Positions 1-8,433 of a stretch of 61,087 bases of DNA are shown here, in pieces; the stretch's first letter is position 1; every line of letters begins with the position of its first letter. Source of the DNA: Steroidobacteraceae bacterium. Lineage in GTDB: Bacteria > Pseudomonadota > Gammaproteobacteria > Steroidobacterales > Steroidobacteraceae. The position numbers and the translations under genes were made by a program. Below the pieces are notes generated by a model, which worked only from the letters and a program-made list of their open reading frames with translations, was not told where the DNA came from and did not search any database. The DNA is taken from the NCBI GenBank assembly GCA_025451375.1, contig JANWKL010000032.1:1-61087 (forward strand). Direction: 5' to 3'.

Positions 1-1113
1 ATCTCGTTGTTCATCGTGCCGAAGGTGCTGGTGAACGCCGATGGTTCCCTGGGTGCGCGCAACGATGTGCGCTGCCTGTCCATCGAACACAAGCTCGGCA
101 TTCACGCCAGTCCCACCTGCGTGCTGGCTTTCGGTGAGAAAAACGGCGCGACCGGGTACCTGGTCGGCGAGCCCGGGCGCGGCCTCGAATACATGTTCAT
201 CATGATGAACAGCGCGCGGCTGTCGGTCGGCAGCGAGGGTTACGCGGTCGGTGAGCGCGCCTTCCAGCGCGCGGTGGAGTGGGCGCGCACCCGCGTGCAG
301 GGCAAGCCGCCGGTCGCGGCGCCGTCAGGTCCCGCGCCCATCATCAATCACCCCGACGTCAAACGCATGCTGCTGATGATGAAGTCGCAAGTCGAGGCGT
401 CGCGCGCTCTCATTCTCTATACCGCGTTTGAATTCGATCTCGGGGAGTACGGCGCGGATGAGGCGGCCCGCCAGGCCGGCCAGAGGCGCGGCGAGCTCCT
501 CACGCCGATCGCCAAGGGGTGGTGCACGGAAATCGGCAACGAAGTTGCCGGTATCGGTGTGCAGATTCACGGCGGCATGGGGTTCATCGAGGAAACTGGC
601 GCCGCGCAGTACGTACGCGACGTACGCATCACCACCATCTACGAGGGCACCACCGGGATCCAGTCGAACGATCTCATCGGCCGCAAGCTCGCCAAGGACC
701 GCGGCGCGGCGATGAGCGCGTTCATTGCCGACATGGAGCGCGAACTCGCGGCGCTCACCACCGCGGATCCCATCGTGGACGCCACGCGCAAGGCGGTGCT
801 GGAGTCGGTGGGCTGGCTCAAGGGGGCAACGCTTTCACTCCTGAAATCGATGGCCGTACGCCCCGACGCAGGCATGGCCGTATCGGTGCCGTACCTGCGG
901 TTGTGCGGCTACGTGATCGGCGGCTGGCTCATGGCGAAGTCGGCGGCCCTGGCGGCGGCGAAGGCGCAGGGCAGCGATCGGGAGTTCTATACCGCCAAGA
1001 TCCGCACCACCGCTTTCTACGCCGCGCACGTGCTGCCGATCGCACTGGGGCTGGCGCGGGTGATCGACGGCGGGGCCGCGAGCGTGGTGGAGACGGACGC
1101 CGCGCTCATCTGA
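1..1113 (+). CDS. acyl-CoA dehydrogenase, C-terminal part (5' end outside window)
   Basis: The frame is open from nt 1. The C-terminal helical domain carries the typical ...TTIYEGTTGIQSNDLIGRKL motif. Matches ORF track 7..1113. Confidence 0.85.
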   Translation: MSLFIVPKVLVNADGSLGARNDVRCLSIEHKLGIHASPTCVLAFGEKNGATGYLVGEPGRGLEYMFIMMNSARLSVGSEGYAVGERAFQRAVEWARTRVQGKPPVAAPSGPAPIINHPDVKRMLLMMKSQVEASRALILYTAFEFDLGEYGADEAARQAGQRRGELLTPIAKGWCTEIGNEVAGIGVQIHGGMGFIEETGAAQYVRDVRITTIYEGTTGIQSNDLIGRKLAKDRGAAMSAFIADMERELAALTTADPIVDATRKAVLESVGWLKGATLSLLKSMAVRPDAGMAVSVPYLRLCGYVIGGWLMAKSAALAAAKAQGSDREFYTAKIRTTAFYAAHVLPIALGLARVIDGGAASVVETDAALI

Positions 1114-1142
1114 AGCGCGGCGCGTGCCAAGGAGAATAAGAG

Positions 1143-1649
1143 ATGCCTCTGCCAATGCTGGTGACCAATCACAAGACCCTGTTGTTCCTCAACACCAGGG
1201 AACTGCCGCTGTACAAGGATGCATTGCCAGGGGTGCATGTGCAGCCGCTGATGCTCGATACCCATCGCGGAATCTGGGTGCTGCGCGTCCTGTTTGAGCC
1301 GGGTGTGCTGCTGCCGCTGCACTACCACACCGGCTCGGTGCATCTGTGGACGCTGTCGGGCCGGTGGAACTACATCGAGTATCCGGACCAGCCGCAGACC
1401 GCTGGTTGCTACCTGTACGAGCCGGGCTCCTCGATGCACACCTTGACCACGCCGAAGGACAACACTGAAGTCACCGAGACCCTGATGTACGTCGAGGGCA
1501 GCAACGTCAACTTCGACGCTGACGGCAACTTCGTCGGCATGCTCGACGCCAACTCGCTGGTGCTGATGATCGAGCAGCTTGTGAAGGAACGCGGCCTCAA
1601 GCCGGCGACCTACATCCGCGCCCCGCAGCCGGATTTCACCACGCGTTGA
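1143..1649 (+). CDS. cupin-fold protein of the 2,4'-dihydroxyacetophenone dioxygenase (DAD) family
   Basis: AAGGAG Shine-Dalgarno lies just upstream. His-rich cupin motif LPLHYHTGSVHLWT. The length of 168 aa is typical for the family. Confidence 0.7.
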   Translation: MPLPMLVTNHKTLLFLNTRELPLYKDALPGVHVQPLMLDTHRGIWVLRVLFEPGVLLPLHYHTGSVHLWTLSGRWNYIEYPDQPQTAGCYLYEPGSSMHTLTTPKDNTEVTETLMYVEGSNVNFDADGNFVGMLDANSLVLMIEQLVKERGLKPATYIRAPQPDFTTR

Positions 1650-1692
1650 TCGCGCCGCCGTGGTGTCCGCGGAGGCTGGGATATCGAACCGG

Positions 1693-2595
1693 ATGAACCG
1701 GCGCGAACTGCTGGCTGGAGGCATCAAGGTGGCGGCGGCCATGGCCGTTTCGGCAAGCGTTGGCGCCGGCAGCCAGGGCTTTCTCAAGCGAAAAATTCCC
1801 TCGAGCGGCGAGGAGTTGCCGCTCATCGGCCTCGGCACCTCGGGTCCTTTCGAAGTGGACGAGTCGCCCACGCAACGCGCGCCGCTGGGCGACGTGCTGA
1901 GCGGCTTTTTCGCCGGCGGCGGGACCTTGATCGACACCTCGCCCATGTATTCGAGCGCGGAAGCGGTGCTGGGGGCGCTCCTGACACCGCCGATGCGCAC
2001 GCGTGCGGTACTGGCCACCAAGGTGTGGACTTCCGGCGCGCGCTCCGGCATCGAGCAGATGACGCACTCCGCCGCACGGCTCGACACGCCGCGCCTGGAT
2101 CTGATCCAGGTGCATAACCTCCTGGATCTGAAGACGCATCTGAAGACACTGCGGGCCTGGAAGGACGCGGGACGCGTTCGCTACATCGGCATCACGCACT
2201 ACACGGTCTCTGCACACGCGGAACTCATGCGCGTCATTGCACGTGAGCCTCTGGACTTCGTGCAGTTCAACTACTCGCCGGTCACCCGCGCCGCGGAGGC
2301 GCGGCTCCTGCCGCTGGCTGCCGAGCGGGGCGTCGCGGTGCTGGTGAATCGTCCGTTCGAGGACGGCGCGCTGTTCCGGTCAGTGCGCGAGCGCGCCTTG
2401 CCGGCGTGGGCGGGGGAGATCGATGCGGGTAGCTGGGCTCAGCTGGCGCTGAAATTCATCGTGTCGCACCCGGCGGTGACCTGCGTGATTCCCGCCACGG
2501 GGAAGCTCGCGCATCTGCGCGACAACCTGCGTGCCGGCCGCGGGCGCTTGCCGGATGCCAGGCAGCGCGAGGAGATTTCCCGGGTCTTCAGCTGA
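1693..2595 (+). CDS. aldo/keto reductase with N-terminal twin-arginine (Tat) signal
   Basis: MNRRELLAGGIKVAAAMAVSASVGA is an RR-x-LL motif followed by an h-region. AKR catalytic residues sit in IDTSPMY, LATKVW and IQVHN. The ORF track starts at GTG 1660; I prefer ATG 1693. Confidence 0.85.
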   Translation: MNRRELLAGGIKVAAAMAVSASVGAGSQGFLKRKIPSSGEELPLIGLGTSGPFEVDESPTQRAPLGDVLSGFFAGGGTLIDTSPMYSSAEAVLGALLTPPMRTRAVLATKVWTSGARSGIEQMTHSAARLDTPRLDLIQVHNLLDLKTHLKTLRAWKDAGRVRYIGITHYTVSAHAELMRVIAREPLDFVQFNYSPVTRAAEARLLPLAAERGVAVLVNRPFEDGALFRSVRERALPAWAGEIDAGSWAQLALKFIVSHPAVTCVIPATGKLAHLRDNLRAGRGRLPDARQREEISRVFS

Positions 2596-2601
2596 CCAAT
2601 C

Positions 2602-2646
2602 ATGCGCATTATTGATGCGCATTCATTGATTCGCTAGTATGCGCAT
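2602..2646 (+). promoter_or_regulatory. ccdAB promoter with three ATGCGCAT palindromes (putative CcdA operators)
   Basis: ATGCGCAT occurs at 2602-2609, 2615-2622 and 2639-2646. Promoter elements are TTGATG (2612-2617), a 17-nt spacer and TAGTAT (2635-2640). The ccdA ATG is at 2647 with no SD. Confidence 0.4.
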
Positions 2647-2910
2647 ATGAAACGCACGGCCCCAATCGCGGCACCGCGTCGGGAAACAAGCGCGAAGCGG
2701 GCAACGAACGTCAGCGTCCGTGGGGATCTGCTCGCCGCCGCACGCGCCGCCGGACTTAATCTCTCAGCGACGCTGGAGCGGGCGCTGCAGCAGGAACTCG
2801 CGGAATCCAGACGCGCTGAGTGGCGTGAGCAGAATCGCGAAGGCATCGCGGCTTACAACGACTTCATTGACGCAAACGGAACCTTCTCTGACGGCGTGCG
2901 GAGCTTCTGA
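2647..2910 (+). CDS. ccdA: type II antitoxin CcdA
   Basis: The C-terminal half ...AESRRAEWREQNREGIAAYNDFIDANGTFSDGVRSF resembles F-plasmid CcdA. It sits directly upstream of ccdB (stop 2908-2910, ccdB GTG 2911). Confidence 0.8.
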   Translation: MKRTAPIAAPRRETSAKRATNVSVRGDLLAAARAAGLNLSATLERALQQELAESRRAEWREQNREGIAAYNDFIDANGTFSDGVRSF

Positions 2911-3228
2911 GTGGCGCAATTCGCTGTCTACAGGAACAAGAATCCACGCACGCGAGCCACATTCCCGCTCCTTGTCGATGTCCAGACGGAGCTGCTTGAA
3001 GAGCTGCAGACCCGCGTCGTCATTCCGCTCACCAAGGCGGCGGGTCTGGCCCGCAAGCCGCTGCGCCACCTGACACCGGCAGTGTCCTTCGAGGACACCG
3101 CTTATGTGTTGATGACGCCGCAGCTGGCGGGTATCGCCCGTTCGGAGCTTGGAGAGCCGGTCGGCAGTGTTGCGCGGCAACGGCGCGACATCATCGCTGC
3201 GTTGGATTTCCTGCTGACCGGATTCTGA
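2911..3228 (+). CDS. ccdB: type II toxin CcdB (gyrase poison family)
   Basis: MAQFAVYRNKN...FPLLVDVQ...VVIPL... is the characteristic CcdB N-terminus. Length is 105 aa. Confidence 0.8.
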   Translation: MAQFAVYRNKNPRTRATFPLLVDVQTELLEELQTRVVIPLTKAAGLARKPLRHLTPAVSFEDTAYVLMTPQLAGIARSELGEPVGSVARQRRDIIAALDFLLTGF

Positions 3229-3256
3229 GGTTACGCGCTCAGGCGCCAGTGCTCCA

Positions 3257-4534
3257 TCACGGCATCCGCAGCTTCAGTGATACCGGTTCGTTCAGATTCT
3301 GCAGGAACGCACGCCGCTCCTCCGGCGACAGCGTTCCCCAGTTCACCTTGACGGCATGCAGGCGGCGCAGCTGCGCATCGCTCACCTGGGCGCGTGCGCG
3401 GGTCGTGCCCCGCCAGTTCCCGGGGAGCCGTTTCGTGGCCCCGTGGCGCAACAGATCCACCACCGCGGCACCGACCTCACGGTCACGGGTGAGGTCGCTG
3501 TGGGCAACGCGTGCAAAGTAGCTGCGCGTGCCGCTCAACGCGGCGCTCGCGGCGGGTACGGTGCCGTCGCCGGCGCGCGTGAGGGTGTAGAGGAAGTCAT
3601 CGCCGCGCCGTGCGACGGCGGTGACTGTCGGCTGACCAATGCCGGCGACGCAAATGAAGCGCGCATCGGGCGGGGCCAGCCGTTCGCGGTCAGTGCGCGC
3701 GCCCGCCAGGAGCGCGGCGCGCGGTTGCGGACCGGTGCGCGGCCACGCCGTCGGATCCCACAGCGCGGTGCGCGCGTCCCCCGGTGGCAGGAGGTCATAG
3801 AGGCTCGGAAAGGAGCTGTATACCTCGGTGGCGAGCATCTCGGCGGAGTCAGGTGCCAGTCGCGCCACCTTGCGCACCACGGCGTCGGTTCCGCGCAGCG
3901 CCTGAACGGCGGCATACGAGCCGTGATTGGGTGTGCCGAGCAGAATCACGCGTGTAACTTTTTCGGTGCCGGGATGCGCGAGCGCCGCCCGCGCCACGAG
4001 TCCACCCAGGCTGTGTGCGACCACACGGAGGCGCGCCGCCGGATGGTTTCGCAGGCGTTCCGCGAGGCCACGCCCGGCCTCGGCCGCTGACAATCGCCAG
4101 TCGTAGTCAAAGAATTCCGCCGCCAGGCCGCTGGCGCGCAGCTGCAACTTCAGTCGCAGATACGAAAACAACACCGCGCCCAGCGGCACGATGCGCGCTG
4201 GCCCCGGCAGGCGCAGCGAGCGCAGGCGCCCGTGTTGAATGTCGATCGGGTCGATCCACACGATGTCGTCCGGCAATGGTACCGGGCGGCGGATGCCGAG
4301 CTGCGAACCCATGATGCCGGGGACGATCAGCACCGCCAGTGCCGGATCGGCTACGGGCGTGCGTTGAGCGCGGCGCGCCAGAGCCGCCAGATCGCGATAC
4401 TCCGTGGCGCCGAAGTAGGCGATGAGCTCGACGGCGTGGGCGCCGCTCGCGAGCCACTCCCCGACCATCGTGTCGCTCCACGCAAAGCGATCATAGGGAG
4501 TGACGTGATCGAGCGCCGAGTCAGTAGCAATCAC
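3257..4534 (-). CDS. alpha/beta hydrolase, LCAT/PGAP1-like lipase/esterase
   Basis: Nucleophile elbow VVAHSLGGLV, with candidate Asp (AGDGTVP) and His (VAHSDL). Length is 425 aa. Confidence 0.7.
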   Translation of the reverse strand: MIATDSALDHVTPYDRFAWSDTMVGEWLASGAHAVELIAYFGATEYRDLAALARRAQRTPVADPALAVLIVPGIMGSQLGIRRPVPLPDDIVWIDPIDIQHGRLRSLRLPGPARIVPLGAVLFSYLRLKLQLRASGLAAEFFDYDWRLSAAEAGRGLAERLRNHPAARLRVVAHSLGGLVARAALAHPGTEKVTRVILLGTPNHGSYAAVQALRGTDAVVRKVARLAPDSAEMLATEVYSSFPSLYDLLPPGDARTALWDPTAWPRTGPQPRAALLAGARTDRERLAPPDARFICVAGIGQPTVTAVARRGDDFLYTLTRAGDGTVPAASAALSGTRSYFARVAHSDLTRDREVGAAVVDLLRHGATKRLPGNWRGTTRARAQVSDAQLRRLHAVKVNWGTLSPEERRAFLQNLNEPVSLKLRMP

Positions 4535-4581
4535 GGCTAACTTCGGGTCGTGGCGCGAGGCGCTGCGGCTTGCCGGCGCAA

Positions 4582-5025
4582 TCAGTCGGCGGCCAGGGGG
4601 CGCACGCGGGCCGTGACGGCCACCGTGCCGCCGCCTTCGAGGTGCAGCACCAGCGGCACGCTCTCGCCGACGGCGGGAGTGTGGGTCAGCATGTGCAGCA
4701 TCACGTGCAAGGCGCCGGGGGCGAGTTGCACGCTGGCGCCAGCGGGCACGACCAGTCGCTCGACCGGGCGCATGGTGGATCGTCCACCTTGAATCTTCGA
4801 CTCATGAATCATCGCGTGTCCAGCGAGCGCCGATTGCACCCCGATTACCGCCACGGCCTGCTGGCTCAGGTTTCGCAGCGTCATATAGGCCGCGGCAACA
4901 TCGGCGCCCGGGGTGACCCGCACCCAGGCGTCTTCCACGATCAGCACTGGAGACTGAGCGGACAGCAGTGCCGCGAACCCCAACAGGAAAATAAATCCGC
5001 TGCAGAGCGGTGCGCGACTTTTCAC
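4582..5025 (-). CDS. periplasmic copper chaperone PCu(A)C (DUF461)
   Basis: Signal peptide FIFLLGFAALLSAQS. His/Met copper motifs HAMIHES...MRPV...LHVMLHML. GTG start at 5025 was chosen because the longer ORF (to 5394) overlaps the divergent EamA gene. Confidence 0.7.
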   Translation of the reverse strand: MKSRAPLCSGFIFLLGFAALLSAQSPVLIVEDAWVRVTPGADVAAAYMTLRNLSQQAVAVIGVQSALAGHAMIHESKIQGGRSTMRPVERLVVPAGASVQLAPGALHVMLHMLTHTPAVGESVPLVLHLEGGGTVAVTARVRPLAAD

Positions 5026-5100
5026 GCCGGCGATTATGCCAGACGGGTTTCGGTGCAACCTACTATGATTCCTCGCGCCGCGGCACGCCCGCGGCACACG

Positions 5101-6048
5101 ATGTCCGAGACTACCCAAGCCATACCCGCCCGGCCGCAGTTCGCGGCACTTACGGCGCTCTTCGCTGGCGCGCTTGCGATTGGCGCCTCCGGAATTTTCG
5201 TACGCCTGTCGGAAACCGGCCCAACTGCAACCGCGTTCTGGCGCGGCGCGCTGGCGCTGCCGTTCCTCGCCATCTGGGTGCTGCTCGAGCGCCGGCGGCG
5301 CGCGCCAGTCGTGCCAGGCCCTGCCGCGTCGCTGCGCGAGCCGTTGTTTCTGTGGGCCGGCGTATTTTTTGCGGGCGATCTTGCCTTGTGGCACGCCTCG
5401 CTCCTGCTCACCTCGATCGCCGCCTCAACGCTGGAAGCGAACTGCGCGCCCATTTTCGTGAGCCTGGCGGCCTGGGCGCTGTGGGGTGAGCGCCCGCGCC
5501 TGGGGTTTGCGCTGGCGCTCGCCGCCGCCTTCGCGGGCATGCTGCTCATCCTCGCGCCGAAGCTCGCAGGCGGCGGCCATGCGCTCCTCGGCGACGGGCT
5601 TGGACTTGGCACGGCGTGCTTCTACGCCGCCTACATTCTCGCCGTGTCGCGCCTGCGGACCCGGCACGGTACCGCCATCGTCATGTTGAACACGACGCTG
5701 GTATTTACCGTGTTGTTACTGCCGCTCGCCCTGAGTCAGAAGTTCCTGCCTGACACCGTGCATGGCTGGCTGCTGCTGGCCGGCTGCGCACTCTCGGCGC
5801 AGGTCGTCGGCCAGAGCCTGATCGCGTACGCGCTCGCGCATTTGCCGGCCACCTTCAGCGCGGTGGGCTTGTATGTACAGGTTATCGCTGCGGCCATTTA
5901 CGCGTGGCTCCTGCTCGGCGAGCGCCTGACGACAGTGCAGCTGGCCGGCGGCCTCGTCGTGCTGATCGCCATCGCAATGGCGCGCGGCTCTCAGGTGGGG
6001 CGCGCGTCGAGCCAGTCGAGCACACCCCGCCATAGCGAGTCGCGGTGA
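5101..6048 (+). CDS. EamA/DMT-family transporter
   Basis: About 10 hydrophobic helices in two EamA repeats. Start is ATG 5101 (MSETTQ...). The upstream part of ORF 4570..6048 is Arg/Gly-rich junk that overlaps PCuAC. Confidence 0.8.
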   Translation: MSETTQAIPARPQFAALTALFAGALAIGASGIFVRLSETGPTATAFWRGALALPFLAIWVLLERRRRAPVVPGPAASLREPLFLWAGVFFAGDLALWHASLLLTSIAASTLEANCAPIFVSLAAWALWGERPRLGFALALAAAFAGMLLILAPKLAGGGHALLGDGLGLGTACFYAAYILAVSRLRTRHGTAIVMLNTTLVFTVLLLPLALSQKFLPDTVHGWLLLAGCALSAQVVGQSLIAYALAHLPATFSAVGLYVQVIAAAIYAWLLLGERLTTVQLAGGLVVLIAIAMARGSQVGRASSQSSTPRHSESR

Positions 6049-6878
6049 CGCTCCAGGAAAAACCCCTGGTGGCCGATGCGGCGCACGCCGACGTCGCGGG
6101 GCGCCGTCCAGCGCCGCTCGACGCGGGCGTGAGGATAAAACTTCAGTAGCGCCTCCACCGCAGCCGGCGTGGCGATGGGATCATCGCTAAAACCCCAGTG
6201 CAGGAGCGGCGCGCGCACCGCCTCGAACTGGCTGGCGCGCATTTCACCCTGGAGATCCGCGCCGAAGGTTTCTGGCCGCAGGCACCAGCGGCGCCACTGC
6301 TCGAACACTCCCCGGGGAAGCGAGCGGCCGCTCCAAACCCTGCCCTTGGGCACGTAGCCGTGGCGCCGGATGGCCAAAGGCCCGTAGACCTTCCAGAGGA
6401 TCAAGGCCAGGTAGCGGAACGGGAAGCGCTGCTGTCCCCAGTAACCAGTCGACACAGCAATCATCACGTGAGCGCGGGCCCGGTCCTGGTTTGACATGCA
6501 GCCGAGGAGCCAGCCGCCAATGCTGTGGCCGAGTGTATAGAGCGGCAGCGATGGAAAGCGCGTGGCGAGGTATTGCAGCGCCGCCGGCATGTCGAGGAGT
6601 CCCCAGTCACTCATGCGCGCGGTTTCCGTCGCCAGCGCGGCGGGTGCCGAGCCGCCCATCCCGCGGTAGTCGTACACCAGTGTGTGGTAGCCGCGCACGG
6701 CGCAGTAGTCCGCGAATTTCAGATAGAACTCGCGCGGGTAGCCGGTCGCCGCGTTCACGACCAGTGCCGCGCGTGCCGCGGTCCCCGCCGGTGCCAGCAG
6801 TCCCGCCAGCGTTCGGCCATCGCGCGCTGAAAAGGCGACCGGCTCCGGCGCCGGGGAATCAGGCTGCGGGTCCGTCAC
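5991..6878 (-). CDS. alpha/beta hydrolase
   Basis: GHSIGG nucleophile motif. The GTG start at 6878 overlaps the oxyR stop (GTGA, 6875-6878). The longer ORF to 7019 would overlap oxyR. Confidence 0.7.
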   Translation of the reverse strand: MTDPQPDSPAPEPVAFSARDGRTLAGLLAPAGTAARAALVVNAATGYPREFYLKFADYCAVRGYHTLVYDYRGMGGSAPAALATETARMSDWGLLDMPAALQYLATRFPSLPLYTLGHSIGGWLLGCMSNQDRARAHVMIAVSTGYWGQQRFPFRYLALILWKVYGPLAIRRHGYVPKGRVWSGRSLPRGVFEQWRRWCLRPETFGADLQGEMRASQFEAVRAPLLHWGFSDDPIATPAAVEALLKFYPHARVERRWTAPRDVGVRRIGHQGFFLERHRDSLWRGVLDWLDARPT

Positions 6879-7771
6879 AGGGCGTGTTCCATGATTACCC
6901 GGCACACCGCCTCGATCGCGCTCCGGCGTGCCGTGCTCTTGCGCCACAGTGCGCCGATGTGGCGAGCGGGGGCCGGGCTTGCGAACGGACGCACGGCGAC
7001 GCCGCGGGCGTTGCCCCACGCGCCGCGGCTCGCAAGCTGCGGCAGCAGCGTCACTCCGGCGCCGGTAGCGACCATGTGCCGCAGCGTCTCCAGGCTCGTG
7101 GCGCGAAAGTCCTGTGAGTCCTTCGTGCCCACGCGGCTGCAGATCTCCAGCGCCTGGTCGCGCAGGCAGTGACCGTCCTCGAGCAACAGCAGCGTCTCGC
7201 CTTTCAAGTCCGCTACGCGCAGCGTCTTCCTGGCGGCGAGCGCGTGGTGCTTGGGCAGCGCCACCGTGAAGGGCTCGTTGTAGAGCTCGCGCGCGTCGCA
7301 GCCCGGCGCTTCGACCGGCAGGGCGAGGATGCCGACGTCCAGTTGTCCGGCTTGCAGCTTTTCCAGCAGCGGCGCGGTCTGGTACTCGTACAAACGTAAC
7401 TCAAGGCGCGGCAGCGCCTTGCGCAGCGCCGGCGCCACCCGCGGCAGGAGATACGGGCCGATGGTGGGCAACAACGCCACACGCAGCCTGCCCGCCAGCG
7501 GATCGCGGTGACTGCGCGCCAGCGTCACTACCTCATCGCTCGCCTCGAGGATGCGCCGCGCCCGCGCCACGATCTCCTGGCCCGCCGAGGTGAGGGTGAC
7601 GTTGTTGGGCGCGCGCTCGATGAGCTGCACCCCGAGCGTCTGCTCCAGCTTCTTTAGCTGCGCGGACAGTGTCGGCTGGCTCACGAAGCACAACGCGGCG
7701 GCGCGGCCGAAGTGGCGCTCATCCGCCACTGCCACCAGGTAGCGCAGGTCCTTGAGCTTCAGGTCATTCAT
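6875..7771 (-). CDS. oxyR: LysR-family peroxide sensor OxyR
   Basis: HTH motif FGRAAALCFVSQPTLSAQLKKLE. The redox cysteines are in OxyR context (EDGHCLRDQALEICS). The gene is divergent from ahpCD. Confidence 0.85.
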   Translation of the reverse strand: MNDLKLKDLRYLVAVADERHFGRAAALCFVSQPTLSAQLKKLEQTLGVQLIERAPNNVTLTSAGQEIVARARRILEASDEVVTLARSHRDPLAGRLRVALLPTIGPYLLPRVAPALRKALPRLELRLYEYQTAPLLEKLQAGQLDVGILALPVEAPGCDARELYNEPFTVALPKHHALAARKTLRVADLKGETLLLLEDGHCLRDQALEICSRVGTKDSQDFRATSLETLRHMVATGAGVTLLPQLASRGAWGNARGVAVRPFASPAPARHIGALWRKSTARRSAIEAVCRVIMEHAL

Positions 7772-7782
7772 GGGTGTGATAC

Positions 7783-7817
7783 ATAGAATCTATCGATTTG
7801 ATTAAATCAATCGATTG
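7783..7817. promoter_or_regulatory. AT-rich quasi-palindromic oxyR/ahpC operator region
   Basis: ATAGAATCTATCGATTTGATTAAATCAATCGATT contains ATAG-N3-CTAT and CGATTTGATT/AAATCAATCG inverted repeats. It lies in the 121-bp divergent intergenic region. Confidence 0.4.
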
Positions 7818-7892
7818 GAAGGATAACAGACCGGCCGCCATGATGCCCGCCATACCGCAACGGTCTTCAAGCAGATTCAAGGAGTTCCCAGC

Positions 7893-8432
7893 ATGTCAGG
7901 CGTCGGTCACCGGTTTCCCCAGTTCGCGCTTACGGGCGTCGTGTCCAACGACGTCGCGAAGGCGTTCCAGCCCTTCACCCACGAGAGCTTCCCCGGCAAG
8001 TGGCGGGTGGTGTTCTTCTGGCCCAAGGACTTCACCTTCGTATGCCCGACCGAGATTGCCGCTTTCGGCAAGCTCGAGAAGGAGTTCCGGGCGCGCGAGG
8101 CACAGCTCCTGGGCGCGAGTATCGACAGTGAGTACGTGCATCTTGCCTGGCGGCGCGAGAAGGCAGAGCTGCGCAATCTGCCGTTCCCCATGCTCGCCGA
8201 TGTGAAGCGCGAGCTCGCGGGAGCCCTTGGCATCCTCGACCCGGAGGCCGGCGTCGCGCAGCGCGCGACCTTCATCGTCGATCCGCAGGGCGTGATCCGC
8301 TTCGTGTACGTCACGGATATGAACGTCGGCAGAAATCCCGAGGAAGTGCTGCGGGTGCTGGACGCGCTGCAGACGGATGAACTGTGCCCGTGCAACTGGA
8401 CCCAGGGCGAAGCCACCCTGAAGGCAGCCTGA
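7893..8432 (+). CDS. ahpC: peroxiredoxin AhpC (AhpC/TSA family)
   Basis: FFWPKDFTFVCPTEI peroxidatic Cys motif. CAAGGAG SD lies upstream. Confidence 0.9.
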   Translation: MSGVGHRFPQFALTGVVSNDVAKAFQPFTHESFPGKWRVVFFWPKDFTFVCPTEIAAFGKLEKEFRAREAQLLGASIDSEYVHLAWRREKAELRNLPFPMLADVKRELAGALGILDPEAGVAQRATFIVDPQGVIRFVYVTDMNVGRNPEEVLRVLDALQTDELCPCNWTQGEATLKAA

Positions 8433-8433
8433 C

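Noticed and set aside
4570-6048. N-terminally over-extended ORFs. Examples are 4570..6048, 4582..5394, 5991..7019, 15425..16588, 20105..20779, 20108..20749, 26322..27041, 28139..29068, 29170..30255, 44662..45156, 45017..45370, 49308..50459 and 51295..52323.
   Set aside because: The recognisable protein begins at an internal start that has an SD, a signal peptide or a start/stop overlap. The upstream extension overlaps a neighbouring gene or has junk composition. These were trimmed in the feature table.
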